DNA of 64,000 bases from the NCBI GenBank assembly GCA_027491415.1, contig JAOZFH010000028.1, positions 1 through 64,000 on the forward strand. Reading direction: 5' to 3'. Made by a program: the position numbers and the translations under genes. The stretch is from Thermoproteota archaeon (lineage in GTDB: Archaea; Korarchaeota; Korarchaeia; Korarchaeales; Korarchaeaceae). The notes beneath the pieces were generated by a model, which was not told the DNA's origin, made no database searches, and saw only the letters and a program-made list of their open reading frames with translations. This document shows positions 57,220-64,000 of this stretch, one piece after another. Within the stretch, counting starts at the first letter, position 1. Every line of letters starts with the position of its first letter.

Positions 57220-57505
57220 CCCCCCACCTCCCCCTGAAGAGGGCCGGGGTCAGCCCGCTGGCCGCGGCCTGCTCAAGCCTACGCGACCTCTCCGCCCAGG
57301 CTGGGTCTTCAGACTCTACAAGGTTCCTGGCCCTCTCCAGCTCCCCTCTGATCTCAGGGCTCACCTCGGGGGCGTGCTCTTCAATCAGGTCCCGCTCAAA
57401 GAGGTCTAGGAGCATCTCCAAGACTTTGTGCTGCGGTATGTCCAGAAGGGAGGCGAGCCTCTTGACGCGCCTCCTCAGCTCGTCCGGCACCGTTATGGTT
57501 GACAT
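57197..57505 (-). CDS. vapB: RHH/CopG-type antitoxin
   Basis: MSTITVPDELRRRVKRLASLL. TTTTATAT about 25 nt upstream. Overlaps vapC. Confidence 0.8.
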   Translation of the reverse strand: MSTITVPDELRRRVKRLASLLDIPQHKVLEMLLDLFERDLIEEHAPEVSPEIRGELERARNLVESEDPAWAERSRRLEQAAASGLTPALFRGRWGVELESNA

Positions 57506-57699
57506 TGAGCAATTATTCAGTTTGTTAATATAAAAAGAGGCGCTACGGACTGAAGTCGTGTCATCCAGGCCCCCGAGCCGCCGGATGCTCGGGCTGGCAG
57601 CCATGTGCGAGGCAGGCCCCAGTCTGGCCGTCTCTAAATTCCCACCCGGAGTCCCCTCAAAATAAAACTGTGCCGGGCTAGCGGATCCGGAGCCCTCCC

Positions 57700-58602
57700 A
57701 TGAGCCCAATTGAGCTGGTAGTGCCGGTGTTCTCCCTCATAGCCGTCGGCTGGGTACTCTCCAGGATCGGACTCGCCGGAGACGCGTGGGTCTCTGCCCT
57801 GAACGACTACGCCTACTACGTGGCGTTTCCGGCCCTCATGCTCGCTAGCCTGGCGACTAGACCCCTCTCAGGTCTGGGGGCTATGATAGCCGTGAACGCG
57901 GTCTACCTTGTGGTCTCGATGGTCCTGGCCCTACTGGCCGCGAAGGCCCTCAGGCTAGACAGCTCCCTGGCCGCCACGCTGGTCTTCTCTGGAAGCTTCG
58001 GAAACGTCGTGTACATGGGATTCCCGCTGGCCGAGAGGGCCTTCGGAGAGGAGGGCCTGTTCCTGGCCGCCGGGATAGCCTCCACACACCTGGCCGTCAT
58101 GCTCTCGGTAGGCCTCTCGCTGGCCCAGGTAGCATCGTCGGGGGAGGCGAACGCGCGGGACGCCGCGGTGAGGGTGGCCAGAGTTCCGCTGTTCTGGGCG
58201 GCCGCCGTGGGGCTAGCGCTCTCGACGCTCAACGTGCGCTTGCCGGAGCTGGTCCTCTACCCCCTGCAGGCGCTGGGTCGATCGGCCTCGCCCACCGCCC
58301 TGTTCGCCCTAGGGGCCTTCCTCCAGGCGCGGGGCATCGGAGAGGAGCTCTCCAGACCGGTGGTAGTCTCGGCCTACAAACTCCTCGCGCTCCCTGCCAT
58401 CGCATACGCGACTGCGAGGGCCCTCGGTTTGGGCGGAGTTCAGCTGGGATGCACCCTGCTCCTGTCGGCCGCCCCGCTGGCCGTCACCAACTTCGTGGTG
58501 GCCGACAAGTTCGGGCTGGACGTGGAAACGGTCGCGTCGGCCATAGTCCTGTCGACCCTCGGATCCGCCCTCACTTTGTCGATCCTGGCCGCCTTCCTGT
58601 GA
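57700..58602 (+). CDS. AEC (auxin efflux carrier/malate permease) family transporter
   Basis: YVAFPAL, FGNVVYMGFP, P.ALFALG and APLAV motifs, with about ten TMs. Confidence 0.9.
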   Translation: MSPIELVVPVFSLIAVGWVLSRIGLAGDAWVSALNDYAYYVAFPALMLASLATRPLSGLGAMIAVNAVYLVVSMVLALLAAKALRLDSSLAATLVFSGSFGNVVYMGFPLAERAFGEEGLFLAAGIASTHLAVMLSVGLSLAQVASSGEANARDAAVRVARVPLFWAAAVGLALSTLNVRLPELVLYPLQALGRSASPTALFALGAFLQARGIGEELSRPVVVSAYKLLALPAIAYATARALGLGGVQLGCTLLLSAAPLAVTNFVVADKFGLDVETVASAIVLSTLGSALTLSILAAFL

Positions 58603-58629
58603 CCCTCGCGGCCCTCGAGCCACGCGCGG

Positions 58630-59334
58630 CTAGCCTAGCACCGACTGGACGGCTCTGGGAACCTCCCCGAACTCTCGGATCACCGCGTCGGCGGCCCCGT
58701 GATCCGAGCCTGGGGGCCCAAGCAGTATGGCCCTCACCCCCGCGGACCTGGCCCCGATCACGTCGTCGACCAGCTCGTCTCCGACCATGACGGCCTCAGA
58801 GGGCTCTGCGCCTAGGGACTCCAGGGCGCGGCCGAATATCTCAGGGTGCGGCTTCCTGAGGCCCACATCGTAGGAGGTAACCACCTCGTCGAAGTAGTCT
58901 AGGAGCCCGTGCATCCTGAGCTTCTCGACCACCATCGGCCCGTAGGTCACGTTCGAGACCACGGCCAGCCTGTATCTTCCGCTCAGCCCCCTGAGGGCCC
59001 GCTCGACTCCCCTCCTGATTCTCGTGAACTCCAGGTACGGCGCCGAGTAGGCCCTCAGGTGGGCCTCGGTGACCTCGGAGTCGACCCCGACGGTCCTGAG
59101 GAATGCGCGGATGTCCTCCTCGGCCGGGATCTCCACCAGCCTCGTTGTTCGCTCTACCCAAAGCGCGTCCCAGTGCCGCTCGTACTCGGCGACCGCCCTC
59201 TCCAGGACCTCAGACGTGGGCTCCACGCCCGAGGCCAGCAGGAGGCCCCTGACACGAGCCACCCTGAAGTCCCTGCGGGGCCTCGCGGGCTCTATTATGG
59301 TCCCCCACATGTCTACAAGGACGGCGCGACTCAT
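58630..59334 (-). CDS. HAD-superfamily hydrolase
   Basis: VDMWGTI, VVSN, KPHPEIF and MVGD..DDV.GA. Confidence 0.92.
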   Translation of the reverse strand: MSRAVLVDMWGTIIEPARPRRDFRVARVRGLLLASGVEPTSEVLERAVAEYERHWDALWVERTTRLVEIPAEEDIRAFLRTVGVDSEVTEAHLRAYSAPYLEFTRIRRGVERALRGLSGRYRLAVVSNVTYGPMVVEKLRMHGLLDYFDEVVTSYDVGLRKPHPEIFGRALESLGAEPSEAVMVGDELVDDVIGARSAGVRAILLGPPGSDHGAADAVIREFGEVPRAVQSVLG

Positions 59335-59349
59335 TCCCTAGTCACCCGC

Positions 59350-60018
59350 TCAGAAGGTGAACCCGGGTCTCCCAGCCCTCGACACCTTGACCTCTGCGAT
59401 CTCGCCCTCCCTCAGCCTGATCGAGCAGTACATCCCCCTACTCGCCGGTCCGGGGTTCACCGCAAGCGTCCTCCCCAGCCTCTCCATGCCCGCAGACTCG
59501 TGTATGTGCCCGCAGACGCACAGGAGGGGCTGGAACTCCTCTATGTACCTTCGGACTGACTTGGACCCCGCGTGGCCGCCGGCGCGTGGGATGTCGAGGG
59601 TCGTGCCGTGGGGCGGCGCGTGGGACAGCAGGATGTCCACCCTCCCCAGGCCCCGGAGCAGGCCCCAGATCCGATCCTCGCCCAGCTCTATCGGCGTGGA
59701 GAAGGGTCCTGGGTTCGCCCCACCGACGCCCCCGATCGAGATCCCGTGAACGCTCACGGCCTTTCCATGGACGTTCTCCGACGAGCCAATTCTCTCCACG
59801 CTGAGGAGCTCGGGGGGATCCATGTTTCCCGGCACGAACAGGGTGGGGAACCCCTCGAAGTACTGGAGGACCTCCTCGATGTCCTGAAGGTCCCCGGCAT
59901 TCGTCAGGTCGCCGGACAGCAGGACGAGGTCGGGACTCTCCTCGGCCAGGGCCGAGAGTATCGCCTGTGGCCTCCCGTGTATGTCCACCGCCGCCAGTAT
60001 CCGGAGGGTGCCGACCAT
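59350..60018 (-). CDS. Icc-like metallophosphoesterase
   Basis: DIHG, GDLT, PGNMD, SHAPP and GHIHE. Confidence 0.92.
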   Translation of the reverse strand: MVGTLRILAAVDIHGRPQAILSALAEESPDLVLLSGDLTNAGDLQDIEEVLQYFEGFPTLFVPGNMDPPELLSVERIGSSENVHGKAVSVHGISIGGVGGANPGPFSTPIELGEDRIWGLLRGLGRVDILLSHAPPHGTTLDIPRAGGHAGSKSVRRYIEEFQPLLCVCGHIHESAGMERLGRTLAVNPGPASRGMYCSIRLREGEIAEVKVSRAGRPGFTF

Positions 60019-60023
60019 CGGGT

Positions 60024-61082
60024 GTGCCGCGCCGGGAAGCCGATATATTCCCCTCGCCGCCCTCCGACCAGGTGCCCCGGGCGCTGGTCAGGATTCCGCA
60101 GGACGCGGCGGTCCCTCTGATCGGGACAGTGGCCTTCGGCCTGATAGACAGGGGGACGACCCTGATCCAGGTGAGGCCCTCCAGCGCCTGCGTCCTCTCG
60201 TGCGTCTTTTGCTCCACCGACGCCGGGCCCCGCAGCAGGACCAGACTGGCGGAGTATCTCGTGGACATGGATTACCTGCTCCAGTGGTTTGACGAGGTGG
60301 CCGTCTACAAGGGCGTGAGCGACCTGGAGGCCCACGTGGACACCGTTGGCGATCCGTTCGTCTACCCGAAGGTCACGGAGCTGTTCCGGAGGCTCAAGGA
60401 GCACCCCCAGGTCTCGGTGGTCTCGGTCCAGACCCACGGGGCCCTCCTGGGTCCGGAAGACGTTCCGAGGCTCGAGGAATCAGGCCTCGACAGGGTCAAT
60501 CTAAGCATAGACAGCCTGAACCCGGAGAAGGCCCGAGCACTCTCGGGCACCCCCGCATACGATGTGGAGAGGGTGAAGGAGTTCGCCAGGAGGCTCGCCG
60601 AGAGCGAGGTGGACCTGCTGATAGCTCCAGTGTGGGTGCCCGGTCTCAACGACGAGGACATTCCAGAGATCATAGAGTTCGCCCTGGACATCGGTGCCGG
60701 GAAGAGATGGCCCCCGCTGGGGATACAGAAGTACGAGGCCCACAGGCACGGCAGGCGGCCGAGGGGCGTAAGGCCCATGCCCTGGTCAAGGTTCTACGCC
60801 GCCCTGAGGAGGTGGGAGGAGGAGTACGGTGTGAGGCTGGTGCTGACGCGTGAGGACTTCAACATCAGGCCCTCCAGGGGCCTGCCGAAGACCATGAGGG
60901 TAGGCGAGAAGGTGGCCGTGAGGGTCGTCGGGCCCGGCTGGAGGAGGGGAGAGGCCCTCGGCGTCGCGAGGGGGAGGGCGGTGACTCTGGTCAACGCGGA
61001 GGCCTACCCTACGGGATCGGAGGTCAGGGCCGTCGTGCTCAGGGACAGGGACAACGTGTACGTCTTGAGGCCCGCCCCCTGA
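60024..61082 (+). CDS. Archaeal radical SAM protein with C-terminal TRAM-like domain
   Basis: FGLIDRGT..IQVRP, CVLSCVFC (CxxxCxxC) and a C-terminal beta-barrel. Start is uncertain. Confidence 0.88.
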   Translation: MPRREADIFPSPPSDQVPRALVRIPQDAAVPLIGTVAFGLIDRGTTLIQVRPSSACVLSCVFCSTDAGPRSRTRLAEYLVDMDYLLQWFDEVAVYKGVSDLEAHVDTVGDPFVYPKVTELFRRLKEHPQVSVVSVQTHGALLGPEDVPRLEESGLDRVNLSIDSLNPEKARALSGTPAYDVERVKEFARRLAESEVDLLIAPVWVPGLNDEDIPEIIEFALDIGAGKRWPPLGIQKYEAHRHGRRPRGVRPMPWSRFYAALRRWEEEYGVRLVLTREDFNIRPSRGLPKTMRVGEKVAVRVVGPGWRRGEALGVARGRAVTLVNAEAYPTGSEVRAVVLRDRDNVYVLRPAP

Positions 61083-61123
61083 CCGAAGGGGTTAAGGCTC
61101 CTCAGAGGGTCTGATCGCGTAGC

Positions 61124-62230
61124 TTGAGGAGGACGGGAGAGGCGGTACTCCCACTCCACGTTGGGAGGGCTCCTCGCTGGCTCTTCACGAGGATGAAGAA
61201 GCTGGCTGGATTGGTCTCAGAGGCGATCGTGCGCGAGTACGGCAGGCTCGAACTCCTGAGGAGGCTCTCAGATCCGGTGTGGTTTCAGGCATTCGGGTGC
61301 GCTCTGGGCTACGACTGGCACTCCTCCGGCGTGACCACCGTCGCGACCGCCGCCCTCAGGGAGGCGCTTGAGGAGCGTGAGCTCGGGGTTCTGGTGCTGG
61401 GCGGGAAGGGGAGGGCCTCCATGAGGGTCCCCGAGGAGGTTCGAAGGGTGGCGGAGAGGCTTGACCTCCCGGACTCGTCTGCTCAGAGCCTGAAGAGGGC
61501 CAGCAGGATGTCGGCGAAGGTGGACAACGCCGTCCTGCAGGACGGTTACCGGATCTACCACCACGCCCTCGTGGTCTCGGAGGAGGGGTCGTGGGCGGTC
61601 ATCCAGCAGGGGATGAACCCGGAGAGGAGGCTGGCCAGGAGGTACCACTGGCTCGGTGAGATGGTCTCCAGCTTCGTCGTGGAGCCGCACTCGGGCATCG
61701 CCGGCGAGAGGAGAGAGCCGGCCGTGCTCGACATGACCGCCAGGGAGAGCGAGGAGGCTAGGAAGGCCTCCGTGGACTTGGTGATGGAGGGCCCGGAGAG
61801 ACTCTCCAGGATGCTGAGGGAGGCCGCGGTCGGACCCCTCTCGAGGTACTTGGGAGAGGAGAGGGGGGTTCCCGTCCTCGTCATGCCGAGGAGAGTCGAT
61901 TGGTCCGCCCTTAGGAGGGCCTACGAGAGGTCCGTCTCCACGTACGAGGAACTCGTCGAGGTCCGCGGCGTGGGACCGGCTACTATCAGGGCCCTTGCGC
62001 TTCTGGCAGAGCTTATCGAGGGGGTCGAGCCGAGCAGGAAAGACCCGATCAGGTACTCGTTCGCGTTCGGCGGGAAGGACGGCGTACCCTTCCCGGTGGA
62101 CGTAATGAGGATGGACCGTGCCATAGAATTCCTGACCGAGCTGGTCAGGGGTTCGGACCTCCCCGAGGGCGAGAGGAGAAAGGTGCTCAAGAGGCTGAGC
62201 AGGCTGGCAGGGCGCGTCCCAAAGGCTTAA
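61124..62230 (+). CDS. DUF763-family protein
   Basis: LPLH.G.AP.WL, DWHSSG.TT, KVDN...QDG, QQGM and [14 protein letters not shown]. Confidence 0.9.
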   Translation: MRRTGEAVLPLHVGRAPRWLFTRMKKLAGLVSEAIVREYGRLELLRRLSDPVWFQAFGCALGYDWHSSGVTTVATAALREALEERELGVLVLGGKGRASMRVPEEVRRVAERLDLPDSSAQSLKRASRMSAKVDNAVLQDGYRIYHHALVVSEEGSWAVIQQGMNPERRLARRYHWLGEMVSSFVVEPHSGIAGERREPAVLDMTARESEEARKASVDLVMEGPERLSRMLREAAVGPLSRYLGEERGVPVLVMPRRVDWSALRRAYERSVSTYEELVEVRGVGPATIRALALLAELIEGVEPSRKDPIRYSFAFGGKDGVPFPVDVMRMDRAIEFLTELVRGSDLPEGERRKVLKRLSRLAGRVPKA

Positions 62231-62391
62231 TTAGGTCCGGGGTAGACCTCGCCGAGCTGGGGGAGGAGGGGATGTCCTGCCAATTTACCCGGCCCTGATC
62301 GGCCCGCTTCACCCGACCGAGTTCGGTCCTTTTCCTATCGCGGGCGGAACGCCCTCGTCCCCTCCCGCATCGCGAACGCCTGTCCTCAGGG

Positions 62392-63900
62392 GTGATGTCC
62401 TTGGTTAGCGAAGTCCCGCTAACAGAGGGAGAGCTCAGGCTGCTCAGGCTCCTGGCCGACCTGGGGAGCGAGTCGGACGTCGACCGGCTGCCCATGGACC
62501 GAAGCGCGGCCCTGGCTCTTGCCTCTCTGCTCTCGGACAAGGGCCTTGTCCGCGTCGAGAGGCGCGTGAAGAAGGTTCTCAGGCTCACCGAGAGAGGTCG
62601 GGAGGCCTTGGATCATGGTTTACCGGAGGAGCGCCTCCTGAGTTTGCTCAGATCGTCAGGCGGCTCGGCTCCACTCAGGGTCGTGAGGGAGTCCGGCCTC
62701 TTCGCCGACAAGGCGGAGTTGGACGCGGCCCTTGGCGAGGCCAGGAGGGCGGGCTGGATCTCCTTCCAGAAGGTGGACGGTGAGACCGTCGTCGGGCTGA
62801 CTAAAGCTCCGGAAGAGGTTCCTCTGACCAGGGCGCTGAGGGCCGCGGCCGCCGGGGAGCACGTGCCGGAGGATGCGATCAAGAGGCTGAGGTCTAGGGG
62901 GCTCGTGAGGGAGGAGGAGCAGGCGCAGTTCACGATCAGCCTGACGGAGGACGGCCTCCGCGTGGCCCGCGGCGAGGTGCCCGTGGCGATAGAGGCGGCG
63001 AAGCTCACCAGGGAGCTGATCGAGACCGGCGCCTGGAGGAACGTCAGGCTCAAGTCCTACGACGTGACGCTCCCGCCCCCTATCGTGTACCCAGGCAAGT
63101 CCCATCCGTACGTCCAGTTCCTGGAGGAGGTCAGAGAGATCCTGATAGGGATGGGCTTCGAGGAGGTGAAGAGCCCCATCGTGGAGATGGAGTTCTGGAA
63201 CTTCGACGTCCTGTTCCAGGCTCAAGATCACCCCGCCAGGGAGGTCCACGACTCCTACGCGCTGGCGTATCCCTCACGCGCCCCGAGGACCCCAGACGAG
63301 TCCTTGGTCGAGAGGGTCAGGAGGACCCACGAGGATGGGTGGAGGACCGGCTCCACGGGCTGGAGGTATCGGTGGAGCTTCGACACGGCCATGAGGCTGA
63401 TGCTCAGATCTCAGACGACCTCAGCCTCCGCTAGGACGCTGGCAAGCAGGAAGGAGCTGCCGCTGAAGATATTCGTCATCGACAGGGTCTTCCGACCTGA
63501 GGCCCTCGACAGGACCCACTCCATGGAGTTCCACCAGTGCGAGGGTGTGGTTCTGGCCGAGGGGCTGACCGTGAGGCACCTCCTCGGGTACCTGAGGGAG
63601 TTCGCCAACAAGCTGGGGTTTGACGAGGTGGCCTTCAAGCCAGCCTACTTCCCGTTCACGGAGCCGAGCGTCGAGGCCTACGTCAAGCACCCCGAACTGG
63701 GGTGGATAGAGATCGCGGGGTCGGGCCTGTTCAGGCCGGAGGTCCTCATCCCGCTGGGCTACGAGTACCCAAGAGTCCAGGCTCTGGCCTGGGGGATCGG
63801 GATAGGTAGGCTGGCGATGGTGAGGCTCGGCATAGAGGACATCAGGGACCTGCACAGCCAGGATCTCCAGTTCCTCAGGGAGTTCCCGGCGAGGTGGTAG
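62392..63900 (+). CDS. pheS: Phenylalanyl-tRNA synthetase alpha subunit (archaeal type)
   Basis: N-terminal wHTH domains, FWNFD.LF..QDHPARE, FRPE, YFPFTEPS and WGIGIGRLAM. Confidence 0.97.
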   Translation: MMSLVSEVPLTEGELRLLRLLADLGSESDVDRLPMDRSAALALASLLSDKGLVRVERRVKKVLRLTERGREALDHGLPEERLLSLLRSSGGSAPLRVVRESGLFADKAELDAALGEARRAGWISFQKVDGETVVGLTKAPEEVPLTRALRAAAAGEHVPEDAIKRLRSRGLVREEEQAQFTISLTEDGLRVARGEVPVAIEAAKLTRELIETGAWRNVRLKSYDVTLPPPIVYPGKSHPYVQFLEEVREILIGMGFEEVKSPIVEMEFWNFDVLFQAQDHPAREVHDSYALAYPSRAPRTPDESLVERVRRTHEDGWRTGSTGWRYRWSFDTAMRLMLRSQTTSASARTLASRKELPLKIFVIDRVFRPEALDRTHSMEFHQCEGVVLAEGLTVRHLLGYLREFANKLGFDEVAFKPAYFPFTEPSVEAYVKHPELGWIEIAGSGLFRPEVLIPLGYEYPRVQALAWGIGIGRLAMVRLGIEDIRDLHSQDLQFLREFPARW

Positions 63901-63901
63901 C

Positions 63902-64000
63902 ATGCCCGTGATATCGGTCAGTTACTCGGACCTGTGCAGGCTCGTGGGAGAACTCATCCCGATGGAGTCCCTCGGGGACCTCCTGGCGCGGGTGAAGGTG
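63902..64000 (+). CDS. pheT: Phenylalanyl-tRNA synthetase beta subunit, 5' end (runs off window)
   Basis: MPVISVSYSDLCRLVG directly after pheS matches the archaeal PheT N-terminus. Confidence 0.85.
   Translation, partial: MPVISVSYSDLCRLVGELIPMESLGDLLARVKV

Noticed and set aside
1-64000. CRISPR array, cas genes, tRNA/rRNA, transposase or integrase
   Set aside because: No periodic repeats, cloverleaf/T-loop motifs or recombinase motifs were seen by eye.

Overview
High-GC archaeal chromosomal DNA: archaeal-type PheS, TATA/BRE promoters, GGTGA-type SD sites, AGG-rich codons and many GTG/TTG starts. A thermophilic TACK-type lineage is an inference. Positions 1-9 kb form a toxin-antitoxin/defence-rich segment (PIN remnant, AAA+/DUF4143 ATPase, broken nucleotidyltransferase, MNT-HEPN, AbiE, VapBC) plus a DrrAB-like ABC exporter. 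Positions 9-20 kb hold poorly characterised genes: an ATP-cone protein, a 1101-aa CARDB/TM/coiled-coil protein, a degenerate Mrr-like protein, and an AEP primase-polymerase fusion next to a TatD-like hydrolase. Positions 19.9-41.1 kb are a respiratory island: a Tat-exported [NiFe]-hydrogenase with Isp1/Isp2 (DsrMK-like) partners, a full hyp set with an Mrp-type HypB, a decayed Ni/Co ECF transporter, and a Tat-exported FdoGHI-type formate dehydrogenase with fdhD/fdhE. Positions 41-64 kb hold a pantothenate-salvage-like operon with a type II PanK, transporters, a lower-GC five-gene secreted-protein/ABC island bracketed by two methyltransferase paralogues (candidate archaeocin or peptide-signal system), more VapBC loci, and housekeeping genes ending in pheS-pheT. 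No tRNA, rRNA or CRISPR array was recognised. All family calls come from motif recognition by eye, not database searches.
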